Source of the DNA: the human T2T-CHM13v2.0 reference genome, Homo sapiens
Length of the DNA: 64,000 bases
Reading direction: 5' to 3' (one strand)
Assembly (NCBI RefSeq): GCF_009914755.1
Contig: NC_060946.1
The notes under the pieces are model-generated. The model searched no databases. It saw only the letters and a list, made by a program, of their open reading frames with translations, and was not told the origin of the DNA. The position numbers and the translations under genes were made by a program. Positions 27,001-39,000 of this stretch are shown here, piece after piece (within the stretch, counting starts at the first letter, position 1; every line of letters begins with the position of its first letter).

Positions 27001-30000
27001 ACACAGGTCGCTGCATTTAGAAAGGAGGCGGGGTTAGAGGAATAGAAAGGGATAGGACTGAAGAACAGAGGTCGCTGCATTTAGAAAGGAGGCGGGGTCA
27101 GAGGAATAGAAAGGGATAGGGCTGAAGAACACAGGTCGCTGCATTTAGAAAGGAGGCGGGGTCAGAGGAATAGAAAGGGACAGGGCTGAAGAACACAGGT
27201 CGCTGCATTTAGAAAGGAGGCGGGGTTAGAGGAATAGAAAGGGATAGGGCTGAAGAACACAGGTCGCTGCATTTAGAAAGGAGGCGGGGTTAGAGGAATA
27301 GAAAGGGATAGGACTGAAGAACAGAGGTCGCTGCATTTAGAAAGGAGGCGGGGTCAGAGGAATAGAAAGGGATAGTGCTGAAGAACACAGGTCGCTGCAT
27401 TTAGAAAGGAGGCGGGGTTAGAGGAATAGAAAGGGATAGGGCTGAAGAACAGAGGTCGCTGCATTTAGAAAGGAGGCGGGGTCAGAGGAATAGAAAGGGA
27501 TAGGGCTGAAGAACACAGGTCGCTGCATTTAGAAAGGAGGCGGGGTCAGAGGAATAGAAAGGGACAGGGCTGAGGAACACAGGTCGCTGCATTTAGAAAG
27601 GAGGCGGGGTCAGAGGAATAGAAAGGGATAGGGCTGAAGAACAGAGGTCGCTGCATTTAGAAAGGAGGCGGGGTCAGAGGAATAGAAAGGGACAGGGCTG
27701 AAGAACACAGGTCGCTGCATTTAGAAAGGAGGCGGGGTCAGAGGAATAGAAAGGGACAGGGCTGAAGAACACAGGTCGCTGCATTTAGAAAGGAGGCGGG
27801 GTTAGAGGAATAGAAAGGGATAGGACTGAAGAACAGAGGTCGCTGCATTTAGAAAGGAGGCGGGGTCAGAGGAATAGAAAGGGATAGGGCTGAAGAACAC
27901 AGGTCGCTGCATTTAGAAAGGAGGCGGGGTCAGAGGAATAGAAAGGGACAGGGCTGAAGAACACAGGTCGCTGCATTTAGAAAGGAGGCGGGGTTAGAGG
28001 AATAGAAAGGGATAGGGCTGAAGAACACAGGTCGCTGCATTTAGAAAGGAGGCGGGGTTAGAGGAATAGAAAGGGATAGGACTGAAGAACAGAGGTCGCT
28101 GCATTTAGAAAGGAGGCGGGGTCAGAGGAATAGAAAGGGATAGTGCTGAAGAACACAGGTCGCTGCATTTAGAAAGGAGGCGGGGTTAGAGGAATAGAAA
28201 GGGATAGGGCTGAAGAACAGAGGTCGCTGCATTTAGAAAGGAGGCGGGGTCAGAGGAATAGAAAGGGATAGGGCTGAAGAACACAGGTCGCTGCATTTAG
28301 AAAGGAGGCGGGGTCAGAGGAATAGAAAGGGACAGGGCTGAAGAACACAGGTCGCTGCATTTAGAAAGGAGGCGGGGTTAGAGGAATAGAAAGGGATAGG
28401 GCTGAAGAACACAGGTCGCTGCATTTAGAAAGGAGGCGGGGTCAGACGAATAGAAAGGGACAGGGCTGAAGAACACAGGTCGCTGCATTTAGAAAGGAGG
28501 CGGGGTCAGAGGAATAGAAAGGGATAGTGCTGAAGAACAGAGGTCGCTGCATTGAGAAAGGAGGCGGGTTCAGAGGAATAGAAAGGGATAGGGCTGAAGA
28601 ACAGAGGTCGCTGCATTTAGAAAGGAGGCGGGGTCAGAGGAATAGAAAGGGACAGGGCTGAAGAATAGAGGTCGCTGCATTTAGAAAGGAGGCGGGGTTA
28701 GAGGAATAGAAAGGGATAGGCCTGAAGAACAGAGGTCGCTGCATTGAGAAAGGAGGCGGGGTTAGAGGAATAGAAAGGGATAGGGCTGAAGAACACAGGT
28801 CGCTGCATTTAGAAAGGAGGCGGGGTCAGAGGAATAGAAAGGGACAGGGCTGAAGAACAGAGGTCGCTGCATTTAGAAAGGAGGCGGGGTCAGAGGAATA
28901 GAAAGGGATAGGGCTGAAGAACAGAGGTCGCTGCATTTAGAAAGGAGGCGGGGTCAGAGAAATAGAAAGGGACAGGGCTGAAGAACAGAGGTCGCTGCAT
29001 TTAGAAAGGAGGCGGGGTCAGAGGAATAGAAAGGGATAGGGCTGAAGAACACAGGTCGCTGCATTTAGAAAGGAGGCGGGGTCAGAGGAATAGAAAGGGA
29101 TAGGGCTGAAGAACAGAGGTCGCTGCATTTAGAAAGGAGGCGGGGTCAGAGGAATAGAAAGGGACAGGGCTGAAGAACAGAGGTCGCTGCATTGAGAAAG
29201 GAGGCGGGGTTAGAGGAATAGAAAGGGACAGGGCTGAAGAACAGAGGTCGCTGCATTTAGAAAGGAGGCGGGGTCAGAGGAATAGAAAGGGATAGTGCTG
29301 AAGAACAGAGGTCGCTGCATTGAGAAAGGAGGCGGGGTCAGAGGAATAGAAAGGGATAGGGCTGAAGAACACAGGTCGCTGCATTTAGAAAGGAGGCGGG
29401 GTCAGAGGAATAGAAAGGGACAGGGCTGAAGAACACAGGTCGCTGCATTTAGAAAGGAGGCGGGGTCAGAGGAATAGAAAGGGACAGGGCTGAAGAACAC
29501 AGGTCGCTGCATTTAGAAAGGAGGCGGGGTTAGAGGAATAGAAAGGGATAGGGCTGAAGAACACAGGTCGCTGCATTTAGAAAGGAGGCGGGGTCAGAGG
29601 AATAGAAAGGGACAGGGCTGAAGAACACAGGTCGCTGCATTTAGAAAGGAGGCGGGGTCAGAGGAATAGAAAGGGATAGGGCTGAAGAACACAGGTCGCT
29701 GCATTTAGAAAGGAGGCGGGGTCAGAGGAATAGAAAGGGATAGGGCTGAAGAACACAGGTCGCTGCATTTAGAAAGGAGGCGGGGTCAGAGGAATAGAAA
29801 GGGACAGGGCTGAAGAACAGAGGTCGCTGCATTTAGAAAGGAGGCGGGGTCAGAGGAATAGAAAGGGATAGGGCTGAAGAACACAGGTCGCTGCATTTAG
29901 AAAGGAGGCGGGGTCAGAGGAATACAAAGGGATAGGCCTGAAGAACACAGGTCGCTGCATTTAGAAAGGAGGCGGGGTCAGAGGAATACAAAGGGATAGG

Positions 30001-33000
30001 CCTGAAGAACACAGGTCGCTGCATTTAGAAAGGAGGCGGGGTCAGAGGAATACAAAGGGATAGGCCTGAAGAACACAGGTCGCTGTATTTAGAAAGGAGG
30101 CGGGGTCAGAGGAATAGAAAGGGATAGGGCTGAAGAACAGAGGTCGCTGCATTTAGAAAGGAGGCGGGTTCAGAGGAATAGAAAGGGATAGGGCTGAAGA
30201 ACAGAGGTCGCTGCATTTAGAAAGGAGGCGGGGTCAGAGGAATAGAAAGGGATAGGGCTGAAGAACAGAGGTCGCTGTATTTAGAAAGGAGGTGGGGTCA
30301 GAGGAATAGAAAGGGATAGGGCTGAAGAACAGAGGTCGCTGCATTTCGAAAGGAGACGGGGTCAGAGGAATAGAAAGGGATAGGGCTGAAGAACAGAGGT
30401 CGCTGCATTTAGAAAGGAGGCGGGGTCAGAGGAATAGAAAGGGATAGGGGCTGAAGAACAGAGGTCGCTGCATTTAGAAAGGACGCGGGGTCAGAGGAAT
30501 AGAAAGGGACAGGGCTGAAGAACACAGGTCGCTGCATTTAGAAAGGAGGCGGGGTCAGAGGAATAGAAAGGGATAGGGCTGAAGAACACAGGTCGCTGCA
30601 TTTAGAAAGTAGGCGGGGTCAGAGGAATAGAAAGGGATAGGGCTGAAGAACACAGGTCGCTGCATTTAGAAAGGAGGCGGGGTCAGAGGAATAGAAAGGG
30701 ATAGGCCTGAAGAACACAGGGCGCTGCATTTAGAAAGGAGGCGGGGTCAGAGGAATAGAAAGGGACAGGGCTGAAGAACACAGGTCGCTGCATTTAGAAA
30801 GGAGGCGGGGTCAGAGGAATAGAAAGGGATAGGGCTGAAGAACAGAGGTCGCTGCATTTAGAAAGGAGGCGGGGTCAGAGGAATAGAAAGGGATAGGGCT
30901 GAAGAACAGAGGTCGCTGCATTTAGAAAGGAGGCGGGGTCAGAGGAATAGAAAGGGACAGGGCTGAAGAACACAGGTCGCTGTATTTAGAAAGGAGGCGG
31001 GGTCAGAGGAATAGAAAGGGATAGGGCTGAAGAACAGAGGTCGCTGCATTTAGAAAGGAGGTGGGGTCAGAGGAATAGAAAGGGACAGGGCTGAAGAACA
31101 CAGGTCGCTGCATTTAGAAAGGAGGCGGGGTCAGAGGAATAGAAAGGGACAGGGCTGAAGAACAGAGGTCGCTGCATTTAGAAAGGAGGCGGGGTCAGAG
31201 GAATAGAAAGGGATAGGCCTGAAGAACAGAGGTCGCTGCATTTAGAAAGGAGGCGGGGTCAGAGGAATAGAAAGGGATAGGGCTGAAGAACAGAGGTCGC
31301 TGCATTTAGAAAGGAGGCGGGGTCAGAGGAATAGAAAGGGATAGGCCTGAAGAACACAGGTCGCTGCATTTAGAAAGGAGGCGGGGTCAGAGGAATAGAA
31401 AGGGATAGGGCTGAAGAACAGAGGTCGCTGCATTTAGAAAGGAGGCGGGGTCAGAGGAATAGAAAGGGATAGGCCTGAAGAACACAGGTCGCTGCATTTA
31501 GAAAGGAGGCGGGGTCAGAGGAATAGAAAGGGATAGGGCTGAAGAACAGAGGTCGCTGCATTTAGAAAGGAGGCGGGGTCAGAGGAATAGAAAGGGATAG
31601 GGCTGAAGAACAGAGGTCGCTGCATTTAGAAAGGAGGCGGGGTCAGAGGAATAGAAAGGGATAGGGCTGAAGAACAGAGGTCGCTGCATTTAGAAAGGAG
31701 GCGGGTTCAGAGGAATAGAAAGGGACAGGGCTGAAGAACAGAGGTCGCTGCATTTAGAAAGGAGGCGGGGTCAGAGGAATAGAAAGGGATAGGGCTGAAG
31801 AACACAGGTCGCTGCATTTAGAAAGGAGGCGGGGTCAGAGGAATAGAAAGGGACAGGGCTGAAGAACACAGGTCGCTGCATTTAGAAAGGAGGCGGGGTT
31901 AGAGGAATAGAAAGGGATAGGGCTGAAGAACACAGGTCGCTGCATTTAGAAAGGAGGCGGGGTCAGAGGAATAGAAAGGGATAGTGCTGAAGAACAGAGG
32001 TCGCTGCATTGAGAAAGGAGGCGGGGTCAGAGGAATAGAAAGGGATAGGGCTGAAGAACAGAGGTCGCTGCATTTAGAAAGGAGGCGGGGTCAGAGGAAT
32101 AGAAAGGGACAGGGCTGAAGAATAGAGGTCGCTGCATTTAGAAAGGAGGCGGCGTTAGAGGAATAGAAAGGGATAGGCCTGAAGAACAGAGGTCGCTGCA
32201 TTGAGAAAGGAGGCGGGGTTAGAGGAATAGAAAGGGATAGGGCTGAAGAACACAGGTCGCTGCATTTAGAAAGGAGGCGGGGTCAGAGGAATAGAAAGGG
32301 ATAGGGCTGAAGAACACAGGTCGCTGCATTTAGAAAGGAGGCGGGGTCAGAGGAATAGAAAGGGATAGGGCTGAAGAACACAGGTCGCTGCATTTAGAAA
32401 GGAGGCGGGGTCAGAGGAATAGAAAGGGATAGTGCTGAAGAACAGAGGTCGCTGCATTGAGAAAGGAGGCGGGGTCAGAGGAATAGAAAGGGATAGTGCT
32501 GAAGAACAGAGGTCGCTGCATTTAGAAAGGAGGCGGGGTCAGAGGAATAGAAAGGGATAGGGCTGAAGAACACAGGTCGCTGCATTTAGAAAGGAGGCGG
32601 GGTCAGAGGAATAGAAAGGGACAGGGCTGAAGAACAGAGGTCGCTGCATTTAGAAAGGAGGCGGGGTCAGAGGAATAGAAAGGGATAGGGCTGAAGAACA
32701 GAGGTCGCTGCATTTAGAAAGGAGGCGGGGTCAGAGAAATAGAAAGGGACAGGGCTGAAGAACAGAGGTCGCTGCATTTAGAAAGGAGGCGGGGTCAGAG
32801 GAATAGAAAGGGATAGGGCTGAAGAACACAGGTCGCTGCATTTAGAAAGGAGGCGGGGTCAGAGGAATAGAAAGGGATAGGGCTGAAGAACAGAGGTCGC
32901 TGCATTTAGAAAGGAGGCGGGGTCAGAGGAATAGAAAGGGACAGGGCTGAAGAACAGAGGTCGCTGCATTGAGAAAGGAGGCGGGGTTAGAGGAATAGAA

Positions 33001-36000
33001 AGGGACAGGGCTGAAGAACAGAGGTCGCTGCATTTAGAAAGGAGGCGGGGTCAGAGGAATAGAAAGGGATAGTGCTGAAGAACAGAGGTCGCTGCATTGA
33101 GAAAGGAGGCGGGGTCAGAGGAATAGAAAGGGATAGGGCTGAAGAACACAGGTCGCTGCATTTAGAAAGGAGGCGGGGTCAGAGGAATAGAAAGGGACAG
33201 GGCTGAAGAACACAGGTCGCTGCATTTAGAAAGGAGGCGGGGTCAGAGGAATAGAAAGGGACAGGGCTGAAGAACACAGGTCGCTGCATTTAGAAAGGAG
33301 GCGGGGTTAGAGCAATAGAAAGGGATAGGGCTGAAGAACACAGGTCGCTGCATTTAGAAAGGAGGCGGGGTCAGAGGAATAGAAAGGGACAGGGCTGAAG
33401 AACACAGGTCGCTGCATTTAGAAAGGAGGCGGGGTCAGAGGAATAGAAAGGGATAGTGTTGAAGAACAGAGGTCGCTGCATTGAGAAAGGAGGCGGGGTC
33501 AGAGGAATAGAAAGGGATAGGGCTGAAGAACAGAGGTCGCTGCATTTAGAAAGGAGGCGGGGTCAGAGGAATAGAAAGGGACAGGGCTGAAGAACAGAGG
33601 TCGCTGCATTTAGAAAGGAGGCGGGGTTAGAGGAATAGAAAGGGATAGGCCTGAAGAACAGAGGTCGCTGCATTGAGAAAGGAGGCGGGGTTAGAGGAAT
33701 AGAAAGGGATAGGGCTGAAGAACACAGGTCGCTGCATTTAGAAAGGAGGCGGGGTCAGAGGAATAGAAAGGGATAGGGCTGAAGAACACAGGTCGCTGCA
33801 TTTAGAAAGGAGGCGGGGTCAGAGGAATAGAAAGGGACAGGGCTGAAGAACACAGGTCGCTGCATTTAGAAAGGAGGCGGGGTCAGAGGAATAGAAAGGG
33901 ACAGGGCTGAAGAACACAGGTCGCTGCATTTAGAAAGGAGGCGGGGTCAGAGGAATAGAAAGGGACAGGGCTGAAGAACACAGGTCGCTGCATTTAGAAA
34001 GGAGGCGGGGTCAGAGGAATAGAAAGGGATAGGGCTGAAGAACAGAGGTCGCTGCATTGAGAAAGGAGGCGGGGTCAGAGGAATAGAAAGGGATAGTGCT
34101 GAAGAACAGAGGTCGCTGCATTTAGAAAGGAGGCGGGGTCAGAGGAATAGAAAGGGATAGGGCTGAAGAACACAGGTCGCTGCATTTAGAAAGGAGGCGG
34201 GGTCAGAGGAATAGAAAGGGACAGGGCTGAAGAACAGAGGTCGCTGCATTTAGAAAGGAGGCGGGGTTAGAGGAATAGAAAGGGATAGGGCTGAAGAACA
34301 GAGGTCGCTGCATTTAGAAAGGAGGCGGGGTCAGAGGAATAGAAAGGGATAGGGCTGAAGAACACAGGTCGCTGCATTTAGAAAGGAGGCGGGGTCAGAG
34401 GAATAGAAAGGGACAGGGCTGAAGAACAGAGGTCGCTGCATTTAGAAAGGAGGCGGGGTCAGAGGAATAGAAAGGGACAGGACTGAAGAACACAGGTCGC
34501 TGCATTTAGAAAGGAGGCGGGGTCAGAGGAATAGAAAGGGACAGGGCTGAAGAACAGAGGTCGCTGCATTTAGAAAGGAGGCGGGGTCAGAGGAATAGAA
34601 AGGGACAGGGCTGAAGAACAGAGGTCGCTGCATTTAGAAAGGAGGCGGGGTCAGAGGAATAGAAAGGGACAGGGCTGAAGAACAGAGGTCGCTGCATTTA
34701 GAAAGGAGGCGGGGTCAGAGGAATAGAAAGGGATAGGGCTGAAGAACAGAGGTCGCTGCATTTAGAAAGGAGGCGGGGTCAGAGGAATGGAAAGGGACAG
34801 GGCTGAAGAACAGAGGTCGCTGCATTTAGAAAGGAGGCGGGGTCAGAGGAATAGAAAGGGATAGGGCTGAAGAACACAGGTCGCTGCATTTAGAAAGGAG
34901 GCGGGGTCAGAGGAATAGAAAGGGACAGGGCTGAAGAACAGAGGTCGCTGCATTTAGAAAGGAGGCGGGGTCAGAGGAATAGAAAGGGATAGGGCTGAAG
35001 AACACAGGTCGCTGTATTTAGAAAGGAGGCGGGGTCAGAGGAATAGAAAGGGATAGGGCTGAAGAACAGAGGTCGCTGCATTTAGAAAGGAGGCGGGGTT
35101 AGAGGAATAGAAAGGGACAGGGCTGAAGAACACAGGTCGCTGTATTTAGAAAGGAGGCGGGGTCAGAGGAATAGAAAGGGATAGGGCTGAAGAACAGAGG
35201 TCGCTGCATTTAGAAAGGAGGCGGGGTCAGAGGAATGGAAAGGGACAGGGCTGAAGAACACAGGTCGCTGCATTTAGAAAGGAGGCGGGGTTAGAGGAAT
35301 AGAAAGGGATAGGACTGAAGAACAGAGGTCGCTGCATTTAGAAAGGAGGCGGGGTCAGAGGAATAGAAAGGGATAGGGCTGAAGAACACAGGTCGCTGCA
35401 TTTAGAAAGGAGGCGGGGTCAGAGGAATAGAAAGGGACAGGGCTGAAGAACACAGGTCGCTGCATTTAGAAAGGAGGCGGGGTTAGAGGAATAGAAAGGG
35501 ATAGGGCTGAAGAACACAGGTCGCTGCATTTAGAAAGGAGGCGGGGTTAGAGGAATAGAAAGGGATAGGACTGAAGAACAGAGGTCGCTGCATTTAGAAA
35601 GGAGGCGGGGTCAGAGGAATAGAAAGGGATAGTGCTGAAGAACACAGGTCGCTGCATTTAGAAAGGAGGCGGGGTTAGAGGAATAGAAAGGGATAGGGCT
35701 GAAGAACAGAGGTCGCTGCATTTAGAAAGGAGGCGGGGTCAGAGGAATAGAAAGGGATAGGGCTGAAGAACACAGGTCGCTGCATTTAGAAAGGAGGCGG
35801 GGTCAGAGGAATAGAAAGGGACAGGGCTGAGGAACACAGGTCGCTGCATTTAGAAAGGAGGCGGGGTCAGAGGAATAGAAAGGGATAGGGCTGAAGAACA
35901 GAGGTCGCTGCATTTAGAAAGGAGGCGGGGTCAGAGGAATAGAAAGGGACAGGGCTGAAGAACACAGGTCGCTGCATTTAGAAAGGAGGCGGGGTCAGAG

Positions 36001-39000
36001 GAATAGAAAGGGACAGGGCTGAAGAACACAGGTCGCTGCATTTAGAAAGGAGGCGGGGTTAGAGGAATAGAAAGGGATAGGACTGAAGAACAGAGGTCGC
36101 TGCATTTAGAAAGGAGGCGGGGTCAGAGGAATAGAAAGGGATAGGGCTGAAGAACACAGGTCGCTGCATTTAGAAAGGAGGCGGGGTCAGAGGAATAGAA
36201 AGGGACAGGGCTGAAGAACACAGGTCGCTGCATTTAGAAAGGAGGCGGGGTTAGAGGAATAGAAAGGGATAGGGCTGAAGAACACAGGTCGCTGCATTTA
36301 GAAAGGAGGCGGGGTTAGAGGAATAGAAAGGGATAGGACTGAAGAACAGAGGTCGCTGCATTTAGAAAGGAGGCGGGGTCAGAGGAATAGAAAGGGATAG
36401 TGCTGAAGAACACAGGTCGCTGCATTTAGAAAGGAGGCGGGGTTAGAGGAATAGAAAGGGATAGGGCTGAAGAACAGAGGTCGCTGCATTTAGAAAGGAG
36501 GCGGGGTCAGAGGAATAGAAAGGGATAGGGCTGAAGAACACAGGTCGCTGCATTTAGAAAGGAGGCGGGGTCAGAGGAATAGAAAGGGACAGGGCTGAAG
36601 AACACAGGTCGCTGCATTTAGAAAGGAGGCGGGGTTAGAGGAATAGAAAGGGATAGGGCTGAAGAACACAGGTCGCTGCATTTAGAAAGGAGGCGGGGTC
36701 AGACGAATAGAAAGGGACAGGGCTGAAGAACACAGGTCGCTGCATTTAGAAAGGAGGCGGGGTCAGAGGAATAGAAAGGGATAGTGCTGAAGAACAGAGG
36801 TCGCTGCATTGAGAAAGGAGGCGGGTTCAGAGGAATAGAAAGGGATAGGGCTGAAGAACAGAGGTCGCTGCATTTAGAAAGGAGGCGGGGTCAGAGGAAT
36901 AGAAAGGGACAGGGCTGAAGAATAGAGGTCGCTGCATTTAGAAAGGAGGCGGGGTTAGAGGAATAGAAAGGGATAGGCCTGAAGAACAGAGGTCGCTGCA
37001 TTGAGAAAGGAGGCGGGGTTAGAGGAATAGAAAGGGATAGGGCTGAAGAACACAGGTCGCTGCATTTAGAAAGGAGGCGGGGTCAGAGGAATAGAAAGGG
37101 ATAGGGCTGAAGAACACAGGTCGCTGCATTTAGAAAGGAGGCGGGGTCAGAGGAATAGAAAGGGATAGTGCTGAAGAACAGAGGTCGCTGCATTGAGAAA
37201 GGAGGCGGGGTCAGAGGAATAGAAAGGGATAGTGCTGAAGAACAGAGGTCGCTACATTTAGAAAGGAGGCGGGGTCAGAGGAATAGAAAGGGATAGGGCT
37301 GAAGAACACAGGTCGCTGCATTTAGAAAGGAGGCGGGGTCAGAGGAATAGAAAGGGACAGGGCTGAAGAACAGAGGTCGCTGCATTTAGAAAGGAGGCGG
37401 GGTCAGAGGAATAGAAAGGGATAGGGCTGAAGAACAGAGGTCGCTGCATTTAGAAAGGAGGCGGGGTCAGAGGAATAGAAAGGGATAGGCCTGAAGAACA
37501 CAGGTCGCTGCATTTAGAAAGGAGGCGCGGTCAGAGGAATAGAAAGGGATAGGGCTGAAGAACAGAGGTCGCTGCATTTAGAAAGGAGGCGGGGTGAGAG
37601 GAATGGAAAGGGACAGGGCTGAAGAACACAGGTCGCTGCATTTAGAAAGGAGGCGGGGTCAGAGGAATAGAAAGGGACAGGGCTGAAGAACAGAGGTCGC
37701 TGCATTTAGAAAGGAGGCGGGGTCAGAGGAATAGAAAGGGATAGGACTGAAGAACAGAGGTCGCTGCATTTAGAAAGGAGGCGGGGTCAGAGGAATAGAA
37801 AGGGACAGGGCTGAAGAACAGAGGTCGCTGCATTTAGAAAGGAGGCGGGGTCAGAGGAATAGAAAGGGATAGGACTGAAGAACAGAGGTCGCTGCATTTA
37901 GAAAGGAGGCGGGGTTAGAGGAATAGAAAGGGATAGGGCTGAAGAACAGAGGTCGCTGCATTTAGAAAGGAGGCGGGGTCAGAGGAATAGAAAGGGATAG
38001 GGCTGAGGAACACAGGTCGCTGCATTTAGAAAAGAGGCGGGGTCAGAGGAATAGAAAGGGATAGTGCTGAAGAACACAGGTCGCTGCATTTAGAAAGGTG
38101 ACGGGGTCAGAGGAATAGAAAGGGATAGGACTGAAGAACACAGGTCGCTGCATTTAGAAAGGAGGCGGGGTTAGAGGAATAGAAAGGGACAGGGCTGAAG
38201 AACAGAGGTCGCTGCATTTAGAAAGGAGGCGGGGTCAGAGGAATCGAAAGGGATAGGGCTGAAGAACAGAGGTCGCTGCATTTAGAAAGGAGGCGGGGTC
38301 AGAGGAATAGAAAGGGACAGGGCTGAAGAACACAGGTCGCTGCATTTAGAAAGGAGGCGGGGTCAGAGGAATAGAAAGGGACAGGGCTGAAGAACAGAGG
38401 TCGCTGCATTTAGAAAGGAGGCGGGGTCAGAGGAATAGAAAGGGACAGGGCTGAAGAACAGAGGTCGCTGCATTTAGAAAGGAGGCGGGGTCAGAGGAAT
38501 AGAAAGGGACAGGGCTGAAGAACAGAGGTCGCTGCATTGAGAAAGGAGGCGGGGTGAGAGGAATAGAAAGGGACAGGGCTGAAGAACAGAGGTCGCTGCA
38601 TTTAGAAAGGAGGCGGGGTCAGAGGAATAGAAAGGGATAGTGCTGAAGAACAGAGGTCGCTGCATTGAGAAAGGAGGCGGGGTCAGAGGAATAGAAAGGG
38701 ATAGGGCTGAAGAACAGAGGTCGCTGCATTGAGAAAGGAGGCGGGGTCAGAGGAATAGAAAGGGATAGGGCTGAAGAACACAGGTCGCTGCATTTAGAAA
38801 GGAGGCGGGGTCAGAGGAATAGAAAGGGACAGGGCTGAAGAACACAGGTCGCTGCATTTAGAAAGGAGGCGGGGTCAGAGGAATAGAAAGGGACAGGGCT
38901 GAAGAACACAGGTCGCTGCATTTAGAAAGGAGGCGGGGTCAGAGGAATAGAAAGGGATAGGGCTGAAGAACACAGGTCGCTGCATTTAGAAAGGAGGCGG

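Noticed and set aside
11847-38665. Three 63-aa minus-strand ORFs in the array (11847, 37514, 38474)
   Set aside because: Each is exactly three monomers (192 nt) in which point variants remove a stop. They are by-products of the repeat, not genes.
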